From the human T2T-CHM13v2.0 reference genome, Homo sapiens: 64,000 nucleotides of DNA. This document shows positions 1 through 15,939 of this stretch, in pieces; position 1 is the first letter of the stretch; each line of letters starts with the position of its first letter. The position numbers were made by a program, and so were the translations under genes. A model generated the notes under the pieces. The model saw only the letters and a program-made list of their open reading frames with translations, ran no database searches and was not told the origin of the DNA. Location: assembly GCF_009914755.1 (NCBI RefSeq), contig NC_060930.1. One strand, written 5' to 3'.

Positions 1-293
1 GCACTACTCATCATCAAACAAGTCACATGGGACATACAAAGGAAAATGACAAGGTCTATGCACCCCCAAGAGGGGTGAATAAAATGAAGTATGGTGTATA
101 GGCAATTAAGGAATACACACAGTGGAATCTATCAGTGAAAGTTCAGAGTAGGGGAGAATAATGTGAGCTAAAGCAGCCTAGAGAAAAATAGCATGAAGTC
201 AGAGGACAGCGAGGAATGAAAGAGAATATGTCTAGCAGGAGTTTATGATCTGGTCAGAAAACAGTGGGAGGCAAAATTAGATGGACAGAGAAC

Positions 294-330
294 AACAACA
301 TTATGGAGAACGAACAACATTATGGAGAAC
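294..330. repeat. Short tandem duplication, 2 x AACAACATTATGGAGAAC
   Basis: Identical 18-mers at 294-311 and 313-330. Confidence 0.9.
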
Positions 331-3300
331 ATTGGATGAAGAATTTGAACTTCCTGCAAGCAGTGGTAAACCTCTGCAGGTTCTGAGTACAGGAATCAAG
401 AATGTTAAAAACAGTATTAAAAAAGTAGCTGCAATAGTCCATCTGTGAAGTGATGAGAGCCCGATAGGTAAAAGCTATCTCAGACATTTTAAGAATAAAA
501 TGTCACACACACAAAGTCACTAATATAAAATGAGTGAAATTTCATGAAACTATAGTTTAAAGGGCTCCTCTCTTCTTTTTGCTTAAAGGTACCCTACTGA
601 GAACCTAGATACAAAAACAGGTTTTAACATGAACAAAGAAGTGTGAAACTTTGAGGAAGGTCTTTTGAATGATCAGAGTTCCTTTTAATTACAGTCAATG
701 AAGTCAATAAATCTCTTTTCTCCTTTCCCCTTTTCTCTCCATCAATCTCTGCCTCTCTCTTTCTAACACTAATCTGAATGTACAAACATATCTAAATCCA
801 GGTTGCCCTTCATTGCCAGTTTCTGATGAGTCATCTGGACTTCAGAATCAACATCCAGGAGCTCTGAGTAAATCACGCAGTACTGAAGAGTCCATGAGAA
901 TAGACTCTGTTCTACTTCTCCCAATCTAAATGCTGTCAGATACTAATAACTTGGTTTCAATTCTATACTTAACAGTGCCAAGGTTTTGCTTTTATTTCAC
1001 TAGCAACATTTTTTTTTTAATCCAAATCACTGGTGTTGATTAATTAAAAAGAAAATTGAGACACCAGAAAGCAGGGTGCCAACAAATGCTGGGAACACTC
1101 TTGGACTACTCAGACACTGTCATTCCATCTCCTCCTCTGCAATGGAGAAAGATGTTTTCCCATCTCCTGTATAAAATGCTATTGCACCCCTATCTTGCAT
1201 CCAGATACACAAGTTGCAACATTGCTTCCAGACTCCTTAGCACTCACATTATTTAGAATTCATTCTATACCTGGCAACCTACATGAATAACATTTATGAC
1301 AGCTGAACATGTTATTTTACATTACTCTGAAGAATAACCCTAAGCATAAGGCATTACTTACAGTCAGATCAACAAATTAAGGAGAATGTATTTAAAATCC
1401 TATAAGGGTAAAAGAGAATTTGTACAAGTGGCCTTTGAAAATTAAAAAAATATATAAACATTAATTTTTTCCTTTAATCTGAAGCATTACCTTTCAAATA
1501 AATACCTCAAGGAATGCTTTTTAGTAGTCAAATATCTCATAATAAATGTCAGGAGCTTGTCTACAACACCTCTACTTTACCAGGTCCATCCCTAGCTTGA
1601 ATTGTTATAGTGTCTTTAGTTCCCTGATTCTTGCAACAAAATTGATTTGAATACATTGACTACTGATCTGTACGTAGGTAATTTCCCAAAAATTTATAGA
1701 AAAATTTTTTTTCAAGAAAGAGTGAATTATTTGAACTACTGGATTTATGCTCAGAATTATCATCATCATTGTCGTCATCAGGATGTCCATTTTACAGATA
1801 AACATTTTCAGAAGAAAAGGCCAGATCAAAATAAAGAAGGTAGATATAAGCAGTTGACTTTTCAGACTTAATTTTTCCTCAGTTTTCACACTAGACAATA
1901 CTTTTAAATTCACACAAAGGCTTAGTTTTCATTTTAAATAAATAGTTTTTTATTGGTAGGAATGATCTAATATCCCTTAAATGTGGAGGATTCATTATCC
2001 AAAGATGAAGGAGGACTACAGTATTTTGCTTTTACACAAAAGTAGAAGACTTTGTTCAGTACCATGTATAAGGGAGAATTATTTCTATGGCTTCAAGACT
2101 ATCTCTGTATCCCTCTTTTCTTCTAGTAAACCTAATAACTTGCACCTTTACACATAATGAATTTTGACTACCTATTAAACACAACTTGATTTCTTCATTG
2201 GTGAGAAAAATTTATGCACAGGAAGAGTTGATTCTTGATGGAACTAAAGTACAAAGGAAGATCTGGATTATTTTATTTTGCTTGATATTTTATTAAATAG
2301 TGTTCAAAATTATTGTACTGTAAATGAAACCTTGAAAATGTATAACTAAAAATGTATTCTGCTATAGTAATACAAATTTCCTTAAAGGTCAGGGGAACAG
2401 TCTTGACCAAGAAACATAAAATTTCAGTACAAATTATTGACAAATAATAATATATTTTAACAAACACTAGAAAAAATATATATTATAGATTAACACGGAA
2501 CGAATCATTATATCTTTACCTTCATAAAAGTTACAAAGAACATTGTGAAATAAGCTCTTCTAAAAGACATAAATATGTGAGGAGATTTTAGAATACTTTA
2601 GTCATTCACATATAACTTGGAAAGAAAAACAAAAGCATAAACAAAACAAAACTCCTCACCTAAAATCCTGTTGAGATTTGGAGTATGGAGTCCTCCAACA
2701 GCAAAAGCAATATAAAAAAAAAATGATCTGAGTGCAAACCTGAGGTATAGCATTTTGACTATCTTTTAAACAGCTTCATTATGTGTTAAAGCAACTGTTT
2801 TGAGCAGCTAGAGATGTATTAACTCAATTTTGATAGCAAGAGCATTTTATATTTATTTACTTTGTTTATAAAATTGTTCCATTTCCTCTTGGGCTTGGGT
2901 TTCTCAAACTGCCCTTTTTGACCCACTGGGATGAATTTAGCAATGTGTTCAATCCTCACATCATATAGAAGCCAGAAGAATATTTAAATTATTTTCTGGT
3001 TTTGCTTTCAATTTTATAAGACTGTTCGTTTTTAAACAGCAGATGGTACAATATATTGCCCCATCTAAATTAAGATAAATCTTTCTTCCTTCCAAATATC
3101 AAATTATTTCTGATAATCAACAACCAGCTCTCCTCTCTTACTCCTTAAACACATATTATACATTAATGTATATGTGCATTTAGTTATATATTCACTATGT
3201 GCATATACATACATATATGCATATGTCAAGTATATGCATATGTATGTGTATATATACATAGACCACATAGATACAATACAGCTATTGTAAATGACAATCT

Positions 3301-5639
3301 ATGACCTTCCTTTCTCTAGTTATCACCCTAGAATCAGAGAGCAGAAGCCTTTCAGAACAAAGTCTCAACAAGCAACACAAATTTATTCATTTTTACTTAA
3401 AATTCAAATTGAGAGGCCTGCAAAGAAACTGATAAGCTGTCTGGTAGAGTATAAAGTCTACCACAGGCCATAAGATCTTGCACAGATAGATTAAGTGTAA
3501 TGAAGTAAAGGGAATACATATCATCTAGGATGAAGAAATCCATCATAGCTTTCAGCTAGACAAGTCAAACATTGGAAGCACCGTATAGCATTCCATTGGA
3601 AGTTAAGAAAACAAATTCTCCCATGTGTGTGTGTGTGTGTAAAATATATGGGTATATATAAAATATATACATAATATATATATACACACACACACGTGTG
3701 GTTTTCACAGACATGTCTCCTCCAAATGCAAACATATTTCTTACAGATAAAAATTTAAAGCAAAAATGTGAAGTTTTTTAAATAAAGAAGTGGACTCAAG
3801 AAAATTAGAATGTGTAAAGAAAAAAATACCAGTAAGTCTTACATTTCAACAAAAATAAAGATTAATTTTAATAAGGAGTGACTGTCCTTCTATTCATGCA
3901 ATGCCTTATCATCTAAGTATCCTGGTGTCATGCATATAAAATGCATTTCTACACACAAAAGAAAGCTTTGGTACTATCATATATAGGGCATGCTATATTT
4001 TAAACCAAAACCAAGTAGAGACAATTTGGTACATTGTTTCTTCACATAATTACAAATTATTGTAATATAACTAAGATATTTATGGCCTTTGATCTAAAAT
4101 ATTGACTTATTTCTCAAATACTCTTCAAAATTCATCCATGTTAAAGGAATTGAAATATTCAACAGTTTGTCTAAAATTGATTGGTCCTGAAACTTATAAC
4201 ACTTCTCCCCTTTCTCTTCTATAATGTAGATCTCTCCATAAATGCCTTCTTTTCACCTTCCAGGCAGAAGAGAGGCTAAAGGCAACAGCAAAAGATTGAC
4301 ATTGAACTACAAGATAGCAGACACTAATATAATAACTCAGCAACTCCCCACCCTTTCCATTCTCCCAGTACTTTGACTCATCCCACATATTCCTCTCCAA
4401 AGAAGTTCACCTCTCACCATATATAGAAAAGGAAGGGAACTATACATTCACTTAAGAAAAACACTTGAAAACCTTTGTAATTATCCGATTTGAAATGCTA
4501 AATATCATAATACATGAATGTTTTATTTCTGGTGGTAACTAATTTCATCTAAAACATGGTACTATAATAATACTACTGTGACCTGCATTAAGTCTGAAAA
4601 TGAGGCTTTCTATTAGTGTTTTAGAATATTACCACAATGAGATGACTTCTTTTCCACCCCAGTCATTACCAATAATTGCACCATTTCCAAACACCAATTT
4701 GGGCATCCCTTTCACAGAGTTATTGCCCTTACCTTTCAGCTCATGGGCTCTAGTGCTCCCATTCAGGGATTCACTGGCCTCATTGGCACTTCTAGTCTGC
4801 TGGCCTTTCATTGGCCATCCCCTGTCCTCACTTCACTCTTTATCCAGCTTAGATTCCAAGTGAATCATTCTAATCTCATCCTTTTATAAACTCTCAGCTA
4901 TTTTTTCCCCTCTTAATATTTTGCTGGAGAAACCCAAATCTGAGTTAAATTTTATCCTCTGCCTACTCTGCACTTGTAATAAAACAGCTGAAAGTGGCTG
5001 GATTTAACAACAATGACAAACGTATAACTATAATGACTAGTTCACATTCAATTTTTGACTACAAACCTGAGGTGTGTGCTCCCCACAGTCAGGAAACTCT
5101 ACTTCCTTGAACTATTTACTCTATTTTATATCTCCTCTCTTAATTACTTTTCATCCCATTCTCACTTTTAGCAGCCCAGCTTGATTCTTTTTGCATTCAG
5201 AAGAGAATATCCTCATTGTCCCACCACAGCTAAGTGAACCAAGGTCTTCTCTTTCCTAACTCACCCAGGTGGCCCTCTTCCCTTCCTCAAACATGATGCT
5301 TCTCAGATTATCTATAGTGAAGGACAAGCCCCTTCCCTGAATTGAGTGTGAGCCTAAACTTTTGTAAAATACAATAAAAATAACTTACCAAATAATGAAA
5401 TAAAAAAGACATGCAACTCATATCAATTGCCAGTTCAATGTATTCAAATATTACATTACATTGCTTTAAATCTTGTTGTATATTTGTAATAAATGATCAA
5501 CATGGTGAGCACACTTCGAGTTGCCTTGCCCTACTGCATCAAATATTGCCCATGGCAGGTCTAATGCATGTTGTTTACTCTGCTGGAACATTCCTCCCCC
5601 AGAGAGTCACATGGCTTCTTTCTTATCTTTTTCACTTCA

Positions 5640-5905
5640 GTAATCACCTCAGAGAGGACTGATGTTTCTGACCACTTTATCTTCTTTCTCAAAACAAGAT
5701 CTTGCCATCATTTTCCATTCCCTCACCTAGCACTGTTTTTTTCAATAGCACTTAAAATTCACATGGCATTCTTATATAATTATTGTGTAGTGCTTGTTCT
5801 CCAATATACAATTCTGTGAAGACAAGGACTTTGTTTACTACTGAGTTCTCAGTATTTAAATTATACTTGCCACAAAGTAGGTATTTAATAGTACTGAATA
5901 AATGC
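5640..5905 (+). mobile_element. L2 3' fragment
   Basis: Diverged match to the L2 3' end (gaagacaaggactttgttt...cacaaagtaggtatttaata...tgaataaatg). Confidence 0.55.
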
Positions 5906-6315
5906 ATATATTGCACCAAAAATATAACCAAAGATAACTAGAATGTTATCATCACAGGTTTCTGGAGAACTGCAAAAGGTTTCTATAGTTTCATAAATAT
6001 CCATGTGTGGATTTTGTCACAATAACATATGTTCAATGCTTCTCTACCATGTGACCCAAAATTAGGGAGGAAATCAACAACAAATCTCTCTCAGGAAGGG
6101 CAATACTGTGGTGACAGTAAATTTTAACTGTCAGATGTGGTGTTTAAAACAAAGTTGACTTTCCAACAGCTACACAATAACAAGATTTTTCAATTGTTTT
6201 AGGCTGCTTAGGGGAAAATCAATCAGAATAAGCTTTTAGACAGAAGAAACTCCTAATGAAATGAAGGCATAAACAATTAAAAGGCACTGCCTTTCAAGAA
6301 AGCTAGAGGTGAATT

Positions 6316-6580
6316 TGTAATACTACTGTTCCTTAAAAATTTGTTAAGAGGGTAGTTCTTGTGTTCCTATCACACGCACACACACACAGACACACACGTA
6401 ATAATAATAATAATAATGTAGATGGTGAGAGAAAACTTGTGGAGCTGATGGAGAGATTTATGGTATAGATTGTGGTGATGGGTACATGAGTATATTCTTA
6501 TGTCCAAACTCATAAAGTTGTGTATATTAAAATGTACAGCTTTTACATGTCAATCTTGCTTCAATAATGTGGTTTAATAA
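6316..6580 (+). mobile_element. Old L1M (L1MB/MC-like) 3' end
   Basis: Typical L1M 3' UTR motifs: gattgtggtgatgg...caaactcat...tgtacagc...tgtcaat...caataa. Confidence 0.65.
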
Positions 6581-7403
6581 AGACATTAATGCTCCTTCAT
6601 TTACAAAGGGATCTGAGTTTATTTTAATTTATTTCAAAACTGAATTATTGTGTACTCCCCCATGAAAAAATAAATATATATAGGTGAAATTCAGAATATG
6701 AAGAAAACAAATTGAAGAAATAATTGAGTCCTTATTCTTGAGATTTAAAAACAACAGTGCCAAGTGTATTGTTTTGAGGAGTTAAAAATGATCAAAAAAG
6801 ATTACTTACTAAAAAAATTAACCATAAGCTTTTTCAGATTATATTTATGCCTTGAATATTTTCTATTACATTAGGTATAATGTGTATTCTATTATCTTAC
6901 AACATACGTATCTTACAGTTAGCATATTAAGAAGTCATTTCTATCTTAAAAAATGATTTTTAACTATCTCACTGAAAGTTATTAACTGATTTTTATCAAA
7001 TTACTATAATGTGGGCACCCATTACTTCATGTTCCCAGGACTCCAAGTCTCTGCTTAGGGAACAGCAGCTATATTCTGGAAAATGCTTCTTCCTCCATTT
7101 GGTTTGATGGCAGCTCCATCTTTCTCTGTACAAATGCAATCTCACTTACATCTGGGTCAGGTGTAGTACCCTAGACAGCTAAGTGGGGTTGAAGGGTCTA
7201 GAAGCAGCCCTTTCCCTAGATAAGCCAAATCAGGGCCTTCCAGCAGATCCAGGGTTAGTGGTTCAATCCCTTTCTGGCAGTGGCACTGCAGGATGGGAGA
7301 GAAAAAGGCTAGTGACATTGATATTTGACTACAAAGGGGCATGAAGGAATATTTTTTGGGGTAATAAAAATGTTCTGTATTTATGAAAACTCATTTATAC
7401 TAA

Positions 7404-7849
<446 letters not shown>

Positions 7850-10244
7850 TACGATACTGTTTTAAAACTGTTTATATATATATACATACCAATTTGGCAA
7901 AACTTTATTATTTGCATTCTAATCTGCAAATATCACATAAGACACCATGTCAAGGTACAAAATTAATACTTTAAAATCATTCTGTGGAGCAGTGTATAAT
8001 ACTCAACAATTTCACATCTTGTTTGCAAAATCTGTAAGTATCATATAATTGCTTCACTTAGAAACATGTTTTAATATAAATGAATAGTCTGTAAAACAGA
8101 CACTGGAGAACTAAAGTGGGAACATTTCTCTTATTCCAATCTAATTAGCTCATTCTTCTACCTCAGTTTGCTCTCCTGTTATCTTCTGAGATATTGTCTT
8201 TGTACAAAATGAATATTGCATTCATTTCTAACTGTGTTCTAAGTAGTAAATATTATTAGTTACCATATATAAATGCATGCTGTATAGTATGTGAAATTTA
8301 TACAGAGATTATATGAACAGATATTGGAAACATTTATGAATAAAGATGACAATATTTAGAAATGTTTAAATATTCTGGTAAAATAATAATCTGCTTAAAG
8401 CTAAATAGCTACAATAACATTTTACAGAGTTTTTTTAACTTGGAATTAGAAGATACCAGGAGCATTTTATGGTTTCAGAAAAACTATTAATCATCCTTTG
8501 GTACTAAATAGCAAAACTTTAATTCTTCTTTCAGGATAGACCATCAGATTTTCATATTCAAACTCATTCATCAGTGTCTCTCTTCCATGGATGTAGCTAT
8601 TTCCAAATATTTATACATTTTTTACCCTTAAAATTGTAAAATAGAAAAAAAATCATTAAAAATAAGAATCAAACCATATAAATAAAATGCATCCAATAAG
8701 TAAATCTCAGTGTTTTCAATACTCATACAGAGACTTCTTCCTATCAGCAGCATGTCATTGATGTGAGGGTTGGCCACAGATTGCTGCAAATGTTTTTAAA
8801 ACTCTATCACACAAGTACATATGAGGATACCCTGGCTCAACAATAGATCATACGAAAACAACACAGGATAAAACAAAACAATAAAAACTGAGAAGTGAGG
8901 AAGTGCTCTGCAAAATAAAGTATCTGATGGACCAAAAATGATTAATATAAGTTTACAAGTGTCTCCTTTCCTTCTCTCCAACCAATAAAGCAAAGGCTTT
9001 TCTGCCTGCTCTATTTTCTCCCCTGTTTCAGTAATCTTAAAATGTACAGATTCTTTCTTATTGTGGAGAAGGTTAAAAGGTAAATTTGTATGATAGTAAT
9101 GTGATGGAGAAAAAAAAACCACAGAAGAATTTGAGTTGACTGCTAAACTTGAGCTAAGATAAGGCTGCCAAGAATATAATCTTAGTGACCAGAAAAAGGG
9201 AGGTGAAAAACAATCACAGCCCATATTTGGTTGAACCACAGCATGTGAAGTTCACTTGTCTATGTCATATATTAAGAGGGGCACTGATGAACTTATTTGA
9301 ATGATGAGTATGTGCTGGCCATCATGGTAGAAGAATCAGAGTTTTGCTATTTGGTACCAGAAGGATGAGGAGAATACATTTTACTTAAGTAGGTAGATGC
9401 TGCCTAAAAATAAAAAGGGTTGCTTTGTGAGGTAGAGAATTCCTGATTATTGGAATTTTAAAATATTCATTGAAAAATGTACTTAGCATATATTATGTAA
9501 AATGCTATGCAAAGCATTATGAAATTCCAGATAGTAATAATAATAATATATACTTCTTCCCTCAAAGAATGTCTACTACAGCATGAATTTGGAAGGTATA
9601 AGTAATGGCTGGGTTGGGATTATTGTAGAAGGTGATCCTCTTTTGACAGGAAAAGGACAGAAATGTTCCTCTATAATCCCTTCCAATTCAGACAGTTAAT
9701 GCTGATCATTAGCATTTTATTATTCCTTTCCTGAAGAGACTTGATATTCCTTAACAGGTTACAGATATACTATTAGCATTTCTTCAATATACCAATCCGA
9801 GCAGAAACCAAGGACTGGCTGATTGCACAAAAAGAATACATTAGCCTTTCATTTCTTACCTTTGCAAACTTTTAAAACATTTTAGAGTTATCAAAATACA
9901 AAAATAAAAAAAATTTCTGCTTAAAAATGATATGTCCAGCTACAATGATTTACTTAGTAAAAACACTAGTGTATAGAAAATTTATTTGCATGTTAATTAG
10001 CCTTGGGGGAATGAGACTTGGTTTATTCTAGGATCATATTATGCCTTTCCAGGAAAAGAACAAAGCCAAAGTTTGGGAAAATGACAGAATTTAATTACCT
10101 GTTTCCATGATTTCAAGGGGAATTCATTGACGATATCTTACATAAATGACTGATACATTTTAATCAAAGAGAACCATGAACCAAATCAGTCTGCTTGATA
10201 TAATGGTGTAGACTGCCATTGAATAAGAAAATCTTTACGGAAAT

Positions 10245-10437
10245 ACTTGGACACAGGGTGGGGAACATCACACACGGGGGCCTGTCGTGGGGTGGGGGGA
10301 GGGGGGAGGGATAGCCCTAATGTAAATGACCAGTTAACAGGTACAGCACACCAACATGGCACATGTATACATATGTAACAAACCTGCACATTGTGCACAT
10401 GTACCCTAGAACTTAAAGTATAATAATAATAATAATA
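10245..10437 (+). mobile_element. 5'-truncated L1PA 3' end
   Basis: ggacacagggtggggaacatcacacac...cacatgtaccctagaacttaaagtataat with a (TAA)n tail; probable TSD aagaaaat. Confidence 0.92.
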
Positions 10438-10614
10438 AAGAAAATATGGCATATCATGGTTAATGAAATAATAATAATATTGATAATTCTAAAACAGAAT
10501 AAATATATTAAACCTGAAATGTACTAAAATGGTGTTTTAGATTTGTCTGACTTAAAAATATTTTAACTTTTGAATAGTTGTTATATTGCAGTCACAATGT
10601 AATGTTGCTAACAT

Positions 10615-10835
10615 GCATTAGACAGCTTTGGAATTAGATAGGCATATAGTCCAGTTCTAATCTAGTAGTCACTGTGTGACACCTAATCTTGCTAAGGTTA
10701 TTTCTTGATTTATTTTCAATGGGCTTAATAATACATACATCACAGGGTAGTTGTGAGAATTAAAATAGATAAGGTCTGCATGCAGAGTACTTGGTAAAGA
10801 ACCTAGCACTTGGTAAGGTCTCAATAAATGGAAGC
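10615..10835 (+). mobile_element. MIR
   Basis: ctgtgtgac...cacagggtagttgtgagaattaaa...cctagcacttggtaaggtctcaataaatg. Confidence 0.7.
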
Positions 10836-13800
10836 TGTATATAATGTTTGTAATATAACTTTCTATTTTGATATATGGAAGCCCATTCATATTGCTCTCA
10901 TCACTCCTCTCTTCCTCCTTGTTCCTGCCAAACTAAATCAGCATTGGATTTATGTGCATGCAAATGATAGGTAAGAGAAGAGGTAGTCACTGCTGAAGGC
11001 CTTTAGAACTGAGATTACTTCCAACTAATTGTAGATGTTCACTATGGGGAACAGTGTTCTGAGAGTTACAACATGCCAGGATTTCATTACAATTACAGAA
11101 TCTTCCTCAATAACCCTAAATGAATCTTATCATTCTACTGGATGATGAAACAGACATAATGTTTGCTCATGAGCTGGAGGCACAATGTAGTCTTAAGACA
11201 TTCATTAGTATCAATTTGGGTTAAAAGGAATGCCAAGAAGTTTAGCGGATCTGGTTGTGATTTTAGCTACAATCAATATAGCAGTAAACCAGACTCAAAA
11301 CTCCAGGGGTAAGAGTGGGGGTGGGGTCACAGATCTATAATTACTGCACTGGGCTTAGTATTGCTTTTTAAAGCTTTTAATATCACATAAAATCATTTCT
11401 GATTTTATTCCTTTTGACTCACACAAATACATAGTGGTCAATAGGCTAAATAAATGAACAGTTCCAACAAAACTGGATTCAAGAGAGGAGGTATATAACT
11501 CTACCATTGTTTATGAAACAAACAAGTAAAACCTAATAAATTGGTATATGTCCTACATTCTAGCCTCAGCAGACCCTGAAGGGCCCACACTTTGAACTCA
11601 CTGTTCCCTCACTCGGGAATATGCCATCATTTCCCTCCCCGGCCTTCCCTGCTCATCTTTTTAGAGGCATTCCAAATGTTACGCCTTCTGTCAAGACTTC
11701 TCTGCTTCCTTGACACTTTCAAACAGCTGACTGCTATTCATGCTTTGAAAATGTGCCCTGTTATAATATTATATAAACATCTGTTTATCCCTTTCCTCCT
11801 GGATATCGCATTTTCCTTGAGGTGTCCCAAGTGTCTAAGTATAAAACTACTGAAGAAGGGAAGGGCAACGCTATGAAAAAGACAGATTTAATGTCAAATC
11901 CTGGCTCTATCTACAGACCTGGGGAAATTTATTTACACATTCTGTGTTACTCATCATTATAGGAGGATGAAAATGTTCTTTTTTGGGTTTCATGTTTTTA
12001 TAAAAGATTAGTCAAAGTATGTAAGGTGATTAGCATGCATAGTATTTGGCAAAGACAATTATGGTTTAAAATGTCAGTTATTATTACTGACAATAACTCA
12101 AATATAGCATATCATGTTACAAGGGGATTGTAGGACTAAAACAAAATATTAAAGGAATATAAGGTAAAAAAAAGTAATTTTGATTGATATTTCAGGCTGT
12201 GAAGCCTTACTGAATTCAACAAATGTTTGTTAAATTGACTTGAATTTCTAGATCTGTTGCAAATTAAACCAGAATTTCAAGATAAATAAAAAATTTAAAA
12301 ATTCAAAAAAGGGAGGAGGAGTTTTTTTTACCCCATTTTATGGATTTCAGCTTTCCTTTTGTCCATTAGTAATGTACTTGGAACTATATTTTTAAAATCC
12401 CATATGATTGCTCTATCAGATTTTACTTTATGAATGTATATTGCCACAAAAAATTAAGTCAAGGGTAGGAGAGAAAGGGGGAGAAAAATTAAGGCATTCT
12501 TAAAGACAGTCCTTAATCTTTATCTATATAGCTTTAAACATCTCTTTAGTAGATTATTACTAAATATGAGGCACTAAAAATGGTAAGAGATCCCATACAT
12601 AGTTAAACATACAACTGTAAGAAGTAGTAGGAAAGACCATAAATTCTTCATAGATGAAAACTGCAGATCAGATAGTTATTTAAAAAAAAAAGTGTGCACA
12701 CACACATATACACACCTATTTGTCAGAAGGTAGCATAAATATAAGTAACATTCAAATAAAGATTCTATAAATCTATGCTTCTTTTACGTTACACAAAGGC
12801 TTCCACTGTAGAGAACGTGGTATCTTAGGAAAATTAGATTTAACTACTAGAAGGTTATTACAAACTTCTAAAAAAGAAGTTTGAATGGAGTGATCAAGGA
12901 AACAGAATAACAGATGATTAATGAGTAAATACTATAGAGGCAAGAATGATAAAAAGGCAATTCTTTGAAACTTTCACTAATGAAGAAAAAATAAAATAGA
13001 GTATAATCAGGGAAACTGGGGTCAAATTAAAGGGTTTTTTTTTCTTGATGAGATTTAAGAATATGAATATTTGTGGCTGCTTTAATGAAGATAAAAATTT
13101 CAAGATGAATTGTTTGATGGAAAAGGTCCCTGCAGAGACCAGAGCACCAAAGATTAAGGAGACCTAGGAAGGGGCTATTATCTCTGAAAAGGCATAGGAT
13201 GTAAGTGCCACAAGGTCAGGAAGAAGGTAGAAGGGAGGACATTCTAAAAAATGTTTTGTTGAGGAAAGAAACAGTAATCGTGGAGTTAACATTAAATGCC
13301 GTTGATTTTTCTCACTAAAATCAAAGGGAAGATTTGTAGCTGAGAGTTAAGAGAATGGTTAGATGTTTTAAAGAATGGGACGTCGTCAGAGCCACCAGCT
13401 GCTCTCAGAAATAAGAAGTGGAAAGAGATGAATCCAAAGTACTGATGGTAAACTAGATGTCTACTAGAACCAATGAGCACAGTGACAGGACTTCAGGTCA
13501 CATTGATTGTGGGATTTATTCAATGAAGTCTGACAAAACGAGGGATATCAGGGGAGAGGCACCCTAGCTGGAGTGAGTACACTGGTGAAATAGTCCAAGA
13601 ACAGATCCTGACAGGGTAGGGAAAGGAGAAAAACTTAGAGAGACTGAGGAATTGGGTTTTGCAATGAGGCTGGGTAGGAAAAAAAAAAAATCAATGTAGT
13701 GAGGAGGAAGAGGTTGAATTGATAAGTTTAATGCTAGAAATCAAAGGGTCTGAGCAGTGTGTGGGTGCTCATGGAAACAGAAAAACAAGGAAATGGGTTA

Positions 13801-15939
13801 TCCATTTGGCTAGTTAAGTCCCCTAAGACGGTGATAAAGTGAAAAGGAATGAGAAAAAGCAGACCCACGTGGCAAAAGGGTGATTAAAAATAAATAAGGT
13901 CTGCTTAGAGTGGACAGATCGTGACAGAGAAAGTATTAAAATAATATCATTTATATGATGTGACTCACAAAGGGGGAGCAACTTGCGGAAGAAGAGTGAC
14001 AGAATTATCAGGGGACATCATCTAAGTCTAGAGGCAGTACCTGGTGACCTGCCTGGAAGGGTCTGGAACTCAAACATCTGCAGGACTGACTCTGTAACAC
14101 CTCTTTTTTTAAATTACAGAATCCAGTTAAACTAGAATTTGTCATGTGTCTTCCACCTCTCTACAACTGAGAACCATGAGGAAAATGATCCAGAACCAAG
14201 GATACTTTTTGCCTTCAAGTTGAACAAAAATGTGTTTGGGAAGAAAAATAAAATATGTGAAGAAATTAGTTGATTAACAAGATAAAATATAAATAACTGA
14301 TGTGTATGATATGTGAAATCAAAATCAAAGAAAGACTAGACACTTGAGAAAACCAGGATTTCACTAAGTTAGAATGATAATGGTAAAAAATGGCAAGATA
14401 GTGAAGACTGATTAAAAAAAAAAATCAGGCGATTTCCTCAGTAAGGTATAGCACAATGTGCTGCAGCCGCTGGGACATGGTTGAGAAAGCTATTAATGCA
14501 TAGTATAAGAAAAGTAATTTAATCTATTTAATCATGTTCACCATTCTCCAGCATGTGGATTTTCCTATTAATTAAGGCATATTACATATATGCTATCAAA
14601 AGAAAAAAAAGTGTTTTCCAGATTTTGATTTAAATTACTTGGGTGTAAAACTGTACTATCAGAAGGTGTCTGGGCTTTTCAAACTACAATTAGCATTATA
14701 TTTTTCACGGCAGCTCTACAGTTTGAAATCCATCTTTCAAATTAACAATGAATGTAAGCAAATATACTGCCCTCCCCTTCAAGAATCAGCTAGTTTATAA
14801 AGAATTTAAGATAAAGGCATTATAACACTGTTCTGACAGACAATGACAACGTTTTAGATACAATACCTGCTAAATAAAAACATGAAATTCAGCAAGATTT
14901 TGTTAATCATTTCATTTTATGGAAAATTCGTTCATTCAATTTTCCCAAGACAAAATGGTCTTTTCCCCTGAAATATTAAAATAGCTAAAAAGGCTTTTAT
15001 ACTATCCAGTATAAAGGTATAGTTCAGACCTCCATTTATCAAAATGTGCTTCACTCTCCATGGTCCCAAGAAAAAAGTAAAACTCCACAAATACTGTCAA
15101 TAATAATGATGGAAGCTTAGGAATTCAGAAGCATGTATTCTTTAGCTAAGAATTGATTTCTGATTAGAGCAGGCCATGATTGTGACAGAAAAATTAAAGA
15201 AGAAGGATAGAAAAAGCTAAGACAGGTTTATTTCCTAAGACTTAACATTAAGAGTCATAATTGTTATGAATAATGTAGTGATCTCAGTTGCATGTCACAT
15301 CTTATCTGTTAATAAATAATTGATATATATTAATAATTAAAATTGAGAATTTGTATATTGACAAAAGAGAAAATCCAATTCATAATGAAGGCATAACAAA
15401 TATGAATCTCTACTGAAGCATATAGCATCAGAATGGCAATAGCAAAAAAATTAGGAAAAAAATTGAGCAAAATTCAGTTTTATTGGTGTCAGCCATTAGT
15501 ATCTGTAAAAAAATCACTGCGACCTAAAATGATCTCGCTGACTTTAGCAATATAATGACAAAGAAGGTTTAATGATGGTAAACTACCATATTTTAGATAA
15601 AAATTTCTTCTTTAATAGTCTATATATCTTTGTAAACAACAACAAAAAAATCAACATTAACCTGGATAGTGAGGACTAAAAATTTTCAAAAACGCACAAA
15701 TTACACTACCTCATTTTTGATCACATGTAATACAACAGTCAAAACCAATGGGAGATTTTTTTTAATGGCTCGCCTAAGGAATTACTTCATCAAAGAGGAA
15801 ATAAAATGCAATTACAGATAATTTCAAAAATAATGAAAATGATAACCCAATTTCCAGCTTTTATAAATTCTCATAATTTGTTACTTACATAGTGATGAAA
15901 GATGAAAATACAGGTAGAGGTACAAACCTATATTCCATT

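Noticed and set aside
8796-9239. Longest ORF in the track (147 aa, - strand)
   Set aside because: Non-ATG start, no recognisable domain and composition typical of AT-rich intron; consistent with chance.
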